A stretch of DNA of 64,000 nucleotides from Heterodontus francisci (lineage: Eukaryota): assembly GCF_036365525.1 (NCBI RefSeq), contig NW_027140807.1:496001-560000 (forward strand), given 5' to 3'. The translations under genes and the position numbers were made by a program. Shown here in pieces: positions 37,038 to 49,402 of the stretch. Position 1 is the stretch's first letter; each line of letters opens with the position of its first letter. The notes under the pieces were generated by a model. That model was not told where the DNA came from. It was given only the letters and a program-made list of their open reading frames with translations, and ran no database searches.

Positions 37038-37388
37038 CTGCTTTGACAGCTAATGTTGAACTGCTTGTTGCAGGCACTGATTCGTTAGTGTAGAGATCTA
37101 CTCTGCACTCAACGTTCTTGGACCGAGCCCAATCTAGGGCGTCGAATCTCAGCCGGCTGCTGATGCTGTAAGATGTATTTTCTTTTGATAGGATGGCATT
37201 GAGATCAGTGTGAATGTTCGTGTCATTAGCATCTTTCTCCTTGCCATCGACAAGCCAGTGGATCTTGATGTTGTCGGGGTAGAAGTCGCTTACGAGGCAG
37301 ACCACAGTGGCTTTTTTCTTTTCTCTAATCTCTTCGGGAGAGGGCTCAAAGACAGTAACTTTGGCAGGCCTAATCGTATCGTTTTCGC
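37038..37388 (-). CDS. TRBC: TRBC exon 1, Ig C1 domain of the T-cell receptor beta constant region
   Basis: CCTGCAG| GENDTIRPAKVTVFEPSPEEIREKKKATVVCLVSDFYPDNIKIHW...YSISSRLR...W...VECRV... |GTAGG; 351 nt with C-beta signature motifs. Confidence 0.97.
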
Positions 37389-37481
37389 CTGCAGGAAAAG
37401 TAAATGGAGACAATATGGATGAGTATGAAACCCGTCTTGAGAATTTTAAACCACCAAACAATATCAACCTTTCAATCCTAG

Positions 37482-37534
37482 CCAGAGCAGTTAATTTTGT
37501 GCCAACTCCAGAATAAACCTCTCTGTTTCTCAAG
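37482..37534 (-). pseudogene. TRBJ: C-proximal J relic (LRNREVYSGVGTKLTAL); donor GT changed to CT; in frame with C exon 1
   Basis: GxGTKLT motif with F changed to S; heptamer CACCGAT (37535-41) with a weak nonamer; only 93 nt from the C acceptor. Confidence 0.7.
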
Positions 37535-37774
37535 CACCGATCAGTCATAAAACGTAGAATCAGTTTGCAACCTCGACCTGCTTTTGTACATTTTAACCCA
37601 AAGTGGCAGAAACTGATCATCTGAACCTCTTCGTCATTGAGTGAAGTACAAGTCTGTCTCATTATGAAAGAGGTTCTCCTGTCTATCTGAAAAGTGTTAC
37701 CCTGAACTCTGGGCCAGCCTGTTCTCAATAACCAGGCTATCACTCACCATGTCCCATTATCTAGAGCCCTTTCC

Positions 37775-38360
37775 TATCTGGGAAGTTATGGGGAACATTT
37801 ATAAAGCTCTGGTTAGGCCACAACTAGAGTTTTGCAGCCACTTCTGATTACCACATTTGAGGAAGGTTGTGAGTGTCCTTGAGAGGGTACAGAGGATATT
37901 TAACAGAATGGTTCCAGGGATGAAGGATTTTAGCTACAAGGTTAGGTTGGAGAAGCTGGGATTGTTCTGCTTGGAGCAAAGGAGATTGAGGGGAGATTTG
38001 ATAGAAGTGTACAAGATTATGACGGATTTGGATAAGGTAGACAAAGAAATGCGTCACCTATTAGTTGTTGGTACAAGGACCAGAAGAGACAGATTTCTGG
38101 TGCTGTGCAAAAGATGCAGGGGGATGTGAGGAGGGACACTTTTATGCCACGTGTGGTAATGACCTGGAACTCGCTGCCTACAAGGGTGGTGGAAGCGGAG
38201 ACAATGAATGATTTCAGAAGGAAATTGGATGGACACTTGAGGCAAATTAACTTGCAGGGCCACAGGGATAGAGCGAGGGAGTGGGACTGATTGGATTGCC
38301 AGACAGAGAGCTGGCATGGACTCGATGGGCTGAATGGCCCCCCTCTGTGCTGTATTATGA
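37775..38360 (+). mobile_element. CR1 LINE 3' fragment
   Basis: LERVQRIFNRMVPG, RRLRGDLIEVYKIM and WNSLP motifs. Confidence 0.8.
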
Positions 38361-38887
38361 TTCTAATCCTACTCTTGTCTCTTCCCCCAAATGTAATATT
38401 TAATAATTAGTGCTACCGTAAACTCACACATGAAAGGAGGGGACCATTCGGCCTGTTGTGTGAATTCCAGCTCTTTGGTAGAACTAGCCAATTAATCCTA
38501 CTCCCCACCCTGTTCTTCTCACATAACCCAGTAAACTATGTACCTTCAAACTCTCTCTATTTCCCTTTTGAAAGCTACTTTTGAAGTGAAGCTACTATTG
38601 AATCTGCTTTCAGCACCATGTCAGGCATTACATTCCAAATCACAACAAATCGCTGTTTAAACAAAATATTTCCTCATCCCCTTTTTTTTTTGCCAACGAC
38701 CTTAAATCTGTGTCCTTCTGGTTACCGAACCTCCTACCACTGGAAAAAAAGGTTTCTCCCTTTTAACTCTATCGAAAGCCTTCCTGAGTTTCAGCACCTC
38801 GATTAAAATTTTCCCTGTACCTTCTCTGCTCTAAGGAGAACAATCCCAGCTTCTACAATCTCTTCACGATTTCTGAATTTCCTTAAC

Positions 38888-41800
38888 GTGATAGTGAGGC
38901 TAGGAATAGGGAGAGAGCACAGCTGAACACGTGGCTGCAGGAATGGTGTAGAAGAGAGGGCTTCCAGTTCTTGGATAATTGGACTGCATTCTGGGGAAGA
39001 TGGGACCTGTTCAAACAGGACGGGCTGCATCTGAACCAGAGGGGCACCAATATCCTGGGAGGGAGGTTTGCTAGTACTGTTCGGGAGGGTTTAAACTAGT
39101 TTGGGAGGGGGATGGGCACCGGACTTGTAGTCCAGGGACCAGTGGGTCCACTCAGAAAGACAAAGAGTGTAGTGAGGTATTGGGGAAGGTAGCACTGTCG
39201 CAGAGGACAGATGGGCACGGAGAAGGGTTAAAGTGCGTATACTTCAACGCAAGAAGCATCAGGAATAAGGTGAGTGAATTGAAGGCGTGGATGGGCACTT
39301 GGGACTACGATGTTGTGGCCATCACTGAAACGTGGATAGGTGAGGGGGAGGAATGGTTCTTGGAGGTACCTGGTTATAGATGTTTTCATAAGATTAGGAA
39401 TGGTGGTAAAAGAGGTGGGGGGGGTGGCATTGTTAGTTAGAAATAGTGTAACAACTGCTGAAAGAATTTTCGAGGAGGATCTGCCGACTGAGGCACTGTG
39501 GGTTGAGGTCAGGAACAGGAAAGGAGCAGTCACCTTGATGGGAGTTTTCTATCGGCCCCCCAATAGCAGCAGGGAGGTGGAAGAGCAGATTGGGAAACAG
39601 ATTTTGGAAAGGAGCAGAAGTCACAGGGTAGTAATTATGGGGGATTTCAACTTCCCAAATATTGATTGGCAACTCTTTAGATCGAATAGTTTGGATGGGG
39701 TAGTGTTTGTGCAGTATGTCCAGGAAGCTTTTCTGACTCAGTATGTAGACTGCCCGACCAGAGGGGAGGCAATATTGGATTTGGTACTAGGTAATGAACC
39801 AGGGCAAGTGATAGAGCTGTTGGTGGGCGAGCACTTTGGAGATAGTGATCACAATTCTGTAGCATTCACTGTGGTAATGGAGAGGGATAGGTATGTGCAA
39901 CAGGGCAAGGTTTACAATTGGGGGAAGGGTAGATATGATGCTGTCAGGCAGGAACTGAGGAGCATAAGTTGGGAGCATATGCTGGCAGGGAAGGGCACGG
40001 TCGAAATGTGGAACTTTTTCAAGGAGCAGATAGTAGGGGCCATTGATAAGCATGTCCCTGTCAGACAGGGAAGGGATGGTCATGTGAGGGAACAGTGGTT
40101 GACAAGAGAGGTTGAGAGTCTTGTTAGGAAGAAGAAGGATGCGTATATAAGGTTGAGGAAAAAGGGCACAGGCATAGCTCTGGAGGGATACAAGATGGCC
40201 AGGAAGGATCTGAAGAAAGGGATTAGGAGAGCTAAGAGAGGGCATGAAAAATGCTTGGCGGGTAGGATAAAAGAAAACCCCAAGGCCTTTTACGCGTATG
40301 TCAGAAATATGAGGATGACTAGGGGGACCGTAGGTCCGGTCAAGGACAATAGCGGGAGACTGTGTGTTGAGCCGGAAGAGATAAGTGAGGTTTTGAATGA
40401 GTACTTCTCTTCGGTATTTACGAATGAGAAGGGGTGTATTACTGAAGAGGACGGTGTGAAACAGACTGGTAAGCTCGAGGAAGTGCTCGTTAGGAGGGAA
40501 GATGTGTTGGGGTTTTTGAATAACTTGAAGATAGACAAGTCTCCCGGGCCTGACGGGGTATATCCAAGGATGTTATGGGAAGCAAGGGATGAAATTGCAG
40601 AGCCGCTGGCAATGATCTTTTCATCTTCTCTGTTGACGGGGGTGGTACCAGGTGATTGGAGGGTGGCAAATGTTGTGCCCCTGTTCAAGAAAGGGAATAG
40701 GAACAACCCTGGGAATTACAGGCCAGTTAGTCTTACTTCGGTGGTAGGCAAGTTGATGGAAAAGGTGCTGAGGGATAGGATTTCTGAGCATCTGGAAAGA
40801 CACTGCTTGATTCGGGACAGTCAGCACGGTTTTGTGAGGGGTAGGTCTTGCCTCACAAGCCTGATTGAATTCTTTGAGCAGGTGACCAAGCAAGTGGATG
40901 AGGGTAAACCAGTGGATGTGGTGTACATGGATTTTAGTAAGGCATTTGATAAGGTCCCCCATGGTAGACTTATGGAGAAAGTCAGGAGGCATGGGATAGT
41001 GGGGAATGTGGCCAGTTGGATTAAGAATTGGCTAACTGATAGAAGGCAGAGAGTGGTCTTAGATGGTAAATACTCAGCCTGGAGCCCAGTTACCAGTGGC
41101 GTGCCGCAGGGATCAGTTCTGGGTCCTCTCCTGTTTGTGATTTTTATTAACGACTTGGATGAGGAAGTCGAAGGGTGGGTCAGTAAATTTGCAGATGATA
41201 CAAAGGTTGGTGGAGTTGTGGATACCGAGGAGGGCTATTGTCGTCTGCAAAGGGACTTGGATAGGTTGCAGTGCTGGGCTGAAAAGTGGCAGATGGAGTT
41301 TAACCCTGAAAAGTGTGAGGTCGTCCATTTTGGAAGGACAAACACGAATGCAAAATACTGGGTTAACGGTAGGGTTCTTGGGCATGTGGAGGAGCAGAGA
41401 GACCTTGGGGTCTATGTGCATAGATCGTTGAAAGTTGCAACTCAAGTGGATAGGGCTGTGAAGAAGGCATATGGGGTGTTAGCGTTCATTAGCAGAGGGA
41501 TTGAATTTAAGAGCCGTGAGGTGATGATGCAGCTGTACAGGACCTTGGTAAGGCCTCATTTGGAGTACTGTGTGCAGTTCTGGTCGCCTCATTTTAGGAA
41601 GGATGTGGAAGCCTTGGAGAGGGTGCAGAGGAGATTTACCAGGATGTTGCCTGGAATGGAGAATAAGTCTTACGAGGAAAGGCTGAACATTCTAGGCCTC
41701 TTCTCATTAGAACGGAGAAGGATGAGGGGTGACATGATAGAGGTTTATAAGATGATCAGGGGAATAGATAGGGTAGACAGTCAGAAACTTTTTCCCCGGG

Positions 41801-42100
41801 TGGAGCAAAGCGTTACAAGGGGTCATAAATTTAAAGTGAAGGGTGGGAGATATAAGGGGGATGTCAGGGGAAGGTTCTTTACCCAGAGAGTGGTCGGGAC
41901 ATGGAATGCCTTGCCTGGGGAAGTTGTTGAGTCAGAAACTTTAGGGACTTTCAAACGGCTTTTAGATAGGTATATGGATAAAGGAGAATGATGGGGTATA
42001 GATTAAATTGTCCTTGACAGAGGACAAAGGATCGGCACAACATCGTGGGCCGAAGGGCCTGTTCTGTGCTGTATTTTTCTATGTTCTATGTTCTATGTTC
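38888..42100 (+). mobile_element. Young CR1 LINE: ORF1 3' end, complete ORF2 (APE endonuclease + RT) with one frameshift, (GTTCTAT)n tail, TAAC target-site duplication
   Basis: ORF1 esterase-like motif DGLHLNQRG; ORF2 start YFNARSIRNK; +1 shift at the G8 run 39417-24 into ORF 39340-41991 (KFADD). TAAC at 38884-87 and 42101-04; inserted into an older CR1 fragment. Confidence 0.96.
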
Positions 42101-42965
42101 TAACCCTGGAGCCATTCCAGTCAATCTACTCTGCATTCTCTCTGGGGACTTAAACCTGTTTTCCAAAGGGTGGCACCAAAATGGAACACAATGCTGCTAC
42201 TGAGGCCTAAACAGTGTTTTATAAATGTTCATGATAACAGCTTTGCTTTTGCCCTCTGTGCCTCTGTTTACAGAGCCAAAAGGATTCAGTGTGCCCTTTG
42301 ATAGCCTTTTGAACCTGCCCTGCCACCTTCATAGATTTATGAACATACATCCCCCTGGTTTCTCTGTCCCTGCACCCAATTTAAAATTGTACCGTTTGAG
42401 AAACAATGTATTGGCTCAAAGAAAATAAGGGGAGTGTGTCCGAGCCAATAATTATCCGTCATTCAACACTTCACATCCACCATTTCCGGTTATCTGGTCA
42501 TTTAGTGCAATGATGCTTGTGGGATCTTGCTGTGCGCATTTTGGCTGAAATCTTTCCCTGCATTACAACAGTGACTACACTCCACAGTCAGTTCTTTAAC
42601 TCTCAAGCTCTATGAGCGTAATATTGCGAAAGAAATACCTGAACAGGTTTGGGTTTACAGTCAAGACTCTGTGAGAATTCCATGAATATTAAAATGATAA
42701 AATCATTAACACAATGACTGATGCCGAATCTTGTTATATTTCTGTTCTGAATATTGAACCATTGGAGATTTCAGGAGACGTCTCTTCACCCAGAGAATAG
42801 TGACAATGTGGAATTCGCTTTTTCTTTTGACTCGGAGGTAAGAGTGTCACCACTGTGTAACTTCACTGAAATACTTAAACCCAAGCAGCATTTTGAGAAC
42901 TGGTCTCTTTCTCAACCTGTTGAGCTGCAGTTGACAGATGCAGTTTGAAAATGGTGCGTCTTTAC

Positions 42966-43017
42966 CTAGCACTCGTTAGTTTGGTACCTTTGCTGCAATA
43001 CACGAAAGTGCCTTGTG
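42966..43017 (-). pseudogene. TRBJ: J relic (GTFVYCSKGTKLT, +1 nt, VL)
   Basis: FG changed to CS, 1-nt insertion, donor G|GTAAAG retained, heptamer CACGTTG without a good nonamer. Confidence 0.65.
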
Positions 43018-43957
43018 CACGTTGCTGTCCAAAATCTGCCTGTTTGCAAAGGGGCTGAACACAAGTTTAATTTTGGTCTGAACAATTGTACTTTTATTGG
43101 GACTTCCTCCCTCCGGGATTCACCACGCTGTTGTTTGTCTTCAATTAATTTTCCCTTTATATTTTGTCTGCTTTTCCTGGTTACTTGCGAATGTGTCTTT
43201 ATTGTAAGAATAATCTTAATAAAACAACACTAATCTCCCCTTCGCCTTCTCTGCTCTGAGTAGAACAATCCCAGCTTCTCCCATCTCTACACATAAGTGA
43301 TACCTCCCCATGTCTGGTACCATTCTAGTAAACATCTTCTGCACCCTCTCTATGGCCTTGACATCCTTCCTAAAGTGTGTTAACCATGAACTGGTCACAA
43401 TACTCCAGGCGAGGCCTACCTGGTGATTAATAACAACGAAACATTGCATTTATCTAACCCCGTTGATGTAGTGCAAAATCTCAACAGAGGAGCAACTCAG
43501 ACAGCAACATGATATCGAGTTATACAAGGAGATATTAGGGACAGGTGACCAGTCAAAGAAGTAGGTTCTAAGATGCTTCTTAAAGAAGGAGAGAGGTAGA
43601 GGAGCGGAGGGGTTTAAGGAGGGAATTCCAGGGTTTAGGGCTCAGGCAGCTGAAGGCACAGCAGCCAATGGTGGGTTCAAGGGAATGGAGGATGCACAAG
43701 AGGCCAGAATTGGAGGAGCACTGAGAAATCATCAGGGTTTCTATTAGGACTAGCGGAAGTTACAGAAATAAGGAGCCACCGCCTCACTGACAGAACAATG
43801 CACTAATCCCGCGTAAATATCCCCCACACGTGAAATGAATCCTTGTGTTCATCTGCTAAAATCCCTCCCCACAATTAGAGAACTGCAACCGGAGAACAAC
43901 AGCAGACCTTGGTCCATCCATCATTAACTGAGACCTCTTGTACTGTCATCTACTCAC

Positions 43958-44008
43958 CCGAAACGCTTAGCTTCGTGCCCCCTCCAAAATACTGTTCATA
44001 TCCTGAAG
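43958..44008 (-). CDS. TRBJ: J-beta SGYEQYFGGGTKLSVS
   Basis: FGGG motif, donor GTGAGT, RSS CACCATG-12-ACTAAAACT. Confidence 0.92.
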
Positions 44009-45015
44009 CACCATGCTACAACCCTACACTAAAACTAACAAGAGTGTCTCTCCCCTCTAGATGGATGCAGTTGGTGCTGGGGATAATGCATTGAAATTGC
44101 AACGATCGAACCAAAGTTCTATATAAGTTTCATGTAACTTCTGTGCTTTGGAATGCTAGCTAATCCCCTGCAAAGGAAGCCCTGTGCTTTGTTTGCTGTT
44201 ATTATTGGATATTGGTCAATATTAAAGATGCAGCCAAGTACGATGTCGTACTGCATCAGGGGATACCAATTAGAATTTAGCCTGCAGGTTGCTCAATCTT
44301 CTGCTAACACCCAGAGCTTCTTGCTGTTTCCCCATAACCCTACAATTGTTAGCCTTCAAGTATGCATCAAATGCATTGTTTAAGCTATTTTCAGGCAGTG
44401 CATTCCACATGACAACAACTGGCTGTGTAAAAACAAATGCTCATCTCCCTCTTTGTTTCTTTTACCAATCACAAATCTGTTCTCTCTGCTTACCGACCCT
44501 TCTCCCAGCAGAAATGAGTTATTCTTATTTACTCTCTTACAAACCATATGATTTTGGGCATTTTGAATATGATATTAATTCCCACATTAACCTTCTCTTC
44601 TCTGAGGAGAACAACCCCAGTTTCTCCAGTATCTCCACACAATTGAAGTCCTTCATCCCTGGTACCACACAAGCAAATCTTCTTTAACCTTCTCTGCTCC
44701 AAGGAGAACAACATTCTGCTTTTCCAGTCTCTCTACAAAGCTGAAATCTTTTCTCCCTGGTATCAATCACCCCACCACCACTTAATCTTCTCTGCATTAC
44801 CCTACCAGTTTTCAGAATATATCTTTCTGAAATATTGCGAATTAAATATAATAATTATTACGATAATTTGGTAATAAGTGGGGCAACGAGGGAAATCTGG
44901 GAAGCAGGGTCAGACATGCAGCTCTGTTCAGTTTTGTACTGGAGTGTAATGCCATGGGTAAATATACAACTAACTTAATTGACGCACTCAAAACGTTACA
45001 TTTTTTAAAACTTAC

Positions 45016-45067
45016 CCAACACTGTTAATTTGGGACTGTGGCCAAAATGAACGTTAGCAGTTGCATC
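45016..45067 (-). pseudogene. TRBJ: J-beta DATANVHFGHSPKLTVL (non-canonical FGHS; ORF or pseudo)
   Basis: Donor GTAAG, RSS CACAATG-12-CAGAAAACT; second Gly and Thr of FGxGT lost. Confidence 0.8.
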
Positions 45068-45674
45068 CACAATGCTACATTCCTATCAGAAAACTAGGAT
45101 GGCCTAACAGTTCCCGTAGACTGTCAATACTGTAGCTTGTTCACTGTATTTATTTAGTATATCAAGTGAGCATGTAGTGAAATTGTTAAACTGTTTGGAC
45201 ATTGCCACATATCTCTCACTTTGAAGTCTGATTTTCGATAGTGTTTCAGCATAAATTTAAGTCAATTCCTTATGAACTCAATTTAGTTATTTTCTTGAAG
45301 GAAGACTAGGTGAGTTTGCCATTTAGTATCTAATCTTCTACAACCTTGACGAGATCTAGTCTTTGTTTATTACATTCAAGAATTTTTGTTTGACGGTAGC
45401 TGGCGCTAAGATAAAACTCAGCCATAATTTAAGTGAATGGTGGAAGATGCTCAAGGGATGAATGGTCCTTTGTGGCTTCTTATGTTTGATTGGAGTCCAT
45501 TACAAACTCGTTGTCTAGGGTTTGCATCTGTTATAAACTCGACAGTGGCCCTTCCTGAGTTCAGCCTTTAAGATAATCACTACTAGTTGAGCCTTGCCTC
45601 TCTGCTTTTACATTGGTGAAGCTTAATGCTTTTACATTGAACACTGGGGGGACAAATCGCTCGGTTTTACATAC

Positions 45675-45730
45675 CCAGAACTGTTAATCTTGTCCCATCG
45701 CCAAAGCGGAGAGGTGTGCTGTTTCCAGAA
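45675..45730 (-). CDS. TRBJ: J-beta SGNSTPLRFGDGTRLTVL
   Basis: FGDG, donor GTATGT, RSS CACAGTG-12-ATTAAAACT. Confidence 0.93.
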
Positions 45731-46291
45731 CACAGTGTTACAAAGCAGTATTAAAACTGCTGGGTACCAATGATTACATGATACTTCATCGAATGCGCTG
45801 ACACCTTGGAACAATTATCATTCAACCAATTGCAATGTGTAGATTTTTCTGACCTTTTCTCCACCATTCCATTTGAAAACAGAGAAATTATGGTAAAATT
45901 TGATTAGACGTTCTTGGAGCTCTGTGCACAGTTCTGGTCTCCATATCCCTCGGTTAGACCACACTTGGATCACTGTGCACAGTTCTCGTCTTCATACATA
46001 TTTACCAATCAGGAAAGACTGAATAGCCTTTATGATAGATAAGAGAAGGCTTAGAGGTGACCTGAAAGAGGCGTCTAAGATTATGAAAGGGTGGGAGGGG
46101 GGGGGGGTTCCGGAGGGTAGACACAGAGAAGTCTGGTAACGTTGTCTTTGCAAAATTGTGCATCTTGGGATTAAAATTTACTCAAGTTTTCCAGTATGTG
46201 GCCAGGTTTGTGAGTTTTGGCAGAATTACGAAGCAATGAATGAACACTTAGAGCGAATTAAATTTGAATATTGAGATCTATTCTTGTTTAC

Positions 46292-46344
46292 CGACCTAGA
46301 ACGTAATCCCAGAGCCAAAGTAAGAGATCGAGGTCCCAGCTGAA
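46292..46344 (-). pseudogene. TRBJ: Pseudo J-beta SAGTSISYFGSGITF* (internal deletion, stop)
   Basis: FGSG followed by a frameshifting deletion and TAG; RSS CACAATG-12-TGTAAAACT. Confidence 0.8.
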
Positions 46345-46379
46345 CACAATGTCACAGGCCAGTTGTAAAACTACCAGGG

Positions 46380-46920
46380 CCCTCAGTTAGGCCTGAGCTG
46401 GAGTCTCGTGCCCAATTCAGGGCACCACACTTTTGGAAGGATGTCAAGGTCTTGGAGAGCGTGCAGAGAGAGATTTACTGGAATGGTCCTAGAAATGAGG
46501 GACTCAGTTATGTGGACAGACTGGAGAAGCTGGGATTGTTCTCCCAGAGAAGGTGAAGGAGGGAGTTAATAGCTGCTTTCAAAGCCACGAAGGGCTTTGT
46601 TAGAGTCAGTAGGGGGAGACTGATTCCACTGGCCGGAGATTTCACAACCAGAGAACATAGATTTAAGGCAATTGGCAAAAGATCCAGATGTTTATTGAGG
46701 GGCCATTTCTTTACACAACGACTTGTTATGATATGGAATGCATTACCTGAAAGTGTGATAGATACTGATTGCATATTGAACTTCAAAAAAGAATTGGATC
46801 ATAGTTCAAAAAGGCGAAAATTGCAGGGCTGTATAGAAAGAAAAGGGGTGAGGGAGGCGAATTGGAGAACATTTCCCAACAGCCGACTCTAGTAAGATGG
46901 GCCGAGTGGTATTCTTGTGT
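46380..46920 (+). mobile_element. CR1 LINE 3' fragment
   Basis: FFTQRLVMIWNALPE motif, preceded by a DVKVLESVQR-like sequence. Confidence 0.75.
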
Positions 46921-47520
46921 CCAACATGCATATTTGTCGAATTATTTCCATCAACTGTTTTTTTTAGAAGTCTGTCCCATTATCAACAGTGAGCATTCAT
47001 TCCAGAAGATCACTGCTTCAGGACGTTAATCATAACAAGCTGAACAAACTCTGTTTAAGAATGGGATTGAATTTTATACGGATGAAGGCAAAGCACAATC
47101 TTCTAAAACAAAATCGAAGCGGTCATTTTTATGAATTAGTGTGAGGTTAACAATTTTATGCGGCAACAGCTCAGAATTGTTGACTTAATTTTGGCTGCAA
47201 GCCCATAAAGTATGGATTGACAAAAGTATTAGGGTCATGTCTTTACAGCCATGTCTATCCTGGATTCTACTCCACCCAATAACCCTCCTGAGAAAAGAGC
47301 CTGAGGAATGTCTCCCAATTCCAAAACAATTCAGCCAATCACAAGAAGGCATTTCCACCATAACATTCTACGTTAGACAACCCAATGCACTTCTCTGTCG
47401 GTTTAATGTCACACAGCATTTTCTATATTTTTGAAAGGATAATAAGATTGTCGATGTGCTGGTTGATAATTCGAAAACTGGACAGTAATGGGAAACTACA
47501 GAATATGATGATAGACTATC

Positions 47521-48045
47521 CCTTCTTCTTTCTTTTCTTTCTTTTGGGCCTACTTATCTCGAGAGACAATGGATACGCGCCTGGAGGTGGTCAGTGGTTT
47601 GTGAAGCAGCGCCTGGAGTGGCTATAAAAGCCAATTCTGGAGTGACAGGCTCTTCCACAGGTGCTGCAGAGAAATTTGTTTGTCGGGGCTGTTGCACAGT
47701 TGGCTCTCCCCTTGCGCCTCTGTCTTTTTTCCTGCCAACTACTAAGTCTCTTCGACTCGCCACAATTTAGCCCTGTCTTTATGGCTGCCCGCCAGCTCTG
47801 GCGAACGCTGGCAACTGACTCCCACGACATGTGATCAATGTCACACGATTTCATGTCGCGTTTGCAGACGTCTTTATAGCGGAGACATGGACGGCCTGTG
47901 GGTCTGATACCAGTGGCGAACTCGCTGTACAATGTGTCTTTGGGGATCCTGCCATCTTCCATGCGGCTCACATGGCCAAGCCATCTCAAGCGCCGCTGAC
48001 TCAGTAGTGTGTATCAGCTGGGAGTGTTGGCCGCTTCAAGGACTA
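47521..48045 (-). mobile_element. RTE-clade LINE 3' fragment
   Basis: RWLGHVSRMEDGRIPKDTLY...GRP..RYKD...CSTCGRAC.SRIG..SH.R.C: RTE C-terminus with zinc finger and a purine tail. Confidence 0.85.
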
Positions 48046-48078
48046 GTTAGACAAACAAAGCCTTTAACATTTACATAC

Positions 48079-48134
48079 CCAAAACTGTGAGCTTGGTCCC
48101 TTGGCCAAAATATAATGGTTCGGTCTTTCCATAA
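48079..48134 (-). CDS. TRBJ: J-beta YGKTEPLYFGQGTKLTVL
   Basis: FGQG, donor GTATGT, RSS CACAGTG-12-TACAAAACT. Confidence 0.93.
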
Positions 48135-48796
48135 CACAGTGTTACACTCCCATTACAAAACTATTACCCTCCAGACAACCTATTGCACCAGGAGGCGGCC
48201 ATTCAGCCCCTCTATCCTGCTCCTCTATTCAAAGGCTGATCTGTACCTCACTTCATTTACCAATCTGATCTCGATATCCCTCGATAACCTCCCCAAACAA
48301 AGTTATTTCCATCTCAATTTTGTCAGGTCTAATCGCCCTCCAGGATTCACAGCTTTTTGTTGAAGAGGGAGTTCCAGAGATCTTTTACAATCAATTATTA
48401 TCATGTACTTTTACTACGGATTCCTCTGCGAGAGGTGAAATCAGAGGGTTTTCCATCAAAATATCTGATGTTCGACATCCCAGTACGGCTTTAGTTTCAC
48501 ATAAAAAGCTACAATGAGATTCTTGATATTCCCATTGATAACTAGAATAATGGAGAGTTGTGGGCAATCACAGAATATAACAATAGACCAACAAATGGCT
48601 TTATCAAGTTTGACTATCCCAGTGGATAGTGAATGGAACAATTTAACAATAGTGTTACTCTAAAAGAGAAGCAAATTAATCTCTTTTAAAGGCAGGCTGG
48701 AGATTGGGTCAAATCATTAACTAAACCCTCTCCACTCCCCATTGGAGGCAACAATTAAACTGTAAAATGAATACAATGGTGTAACCGTTCACCTAC

Positions 48797-48849
48797 CGAA
48801 AACTACTAACTTGGTCCCATCGCCAAAAGTATAATCGTAGTTATTTGAG
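48797..48849 (-). CDS. TRBJ: J-beta SNNYDYTFGDGTKLVVF
   Basis: FGDG, donor GTAGGT, RSS CACAGTG-12-GTTAAAACT. Confidence 0.93.
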
Positions 48850-49007
48850 CACAGTGATGCCTGTCAGTGTTAAAACTCCCATCTAGTTAGAAATGCTAAA
48901 ATGCACCGTCTTCGAAATGATGTACTCAAATTGTAGATTTACATACTATTAATGTGTGATGTAAAGACAGCGGCAATGCACCCTAGATATTGCACAGGAG
49001 AACAAAA

Positions 49008-49160
49008 GGTAAGTTATAGGGCCTGGTGGAGGTTGCAGAGACAGCGAGATTTGTCTGGATTGGAGGATGTTACAGGGATAAGGAGAGTTATAGAGGCTGG
49101 AGGCGGTTACAGGGATAGGGAGGTTTGTAGGGGCCGGAGGACGTTACAGGGACAGGGAGG
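49008..49160 (-). repeat. Short array of the 37-bp minisatellite unit (opposite strand)
   Basis: GGCTGGAGG.GGTTACAGGGATAGGGAGG units, the reverse complement of the 14-19 kb array. Confidence 0.8.
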
Positions 49161-49349
49161 CCTTGGGTTGAGTTGAAAACAAATGTGAAAGATATTTAAA
49201 CCAAGATATTGCAGGTCCAGCTGCCAATATAAATCGTCGAGGTGATTCTGTGACCGAGAACATGATGTATTTTAGAGCATCTAATTTCGTCTGAGAATCT
49301 CAAGGATCCTCATTAACGAAAACAACAAAAGCTTCAGTTCTGTACTCAC

Positions 49350-49402
49350 CTAAAACAATCAATTTTGTCCCGTCACCGAAGTAATACAGAGTATTTCCTG
49401 TA
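49350..49402 (-). CDS. TRBJ: J-beta TGNTLYYFGDGTKLIVL
   Basis: FGDG, donor GTGAGT, RSS CACAATG-12-AGTATAACT. Confidence 0.92.

Noticed and set aside
36910-37743. 277-aa ORF as a standalone protein
   Set aside because: Only 37038-37388 is the spliced C exon. The rest is intron plus the J relic, which is reported separately.
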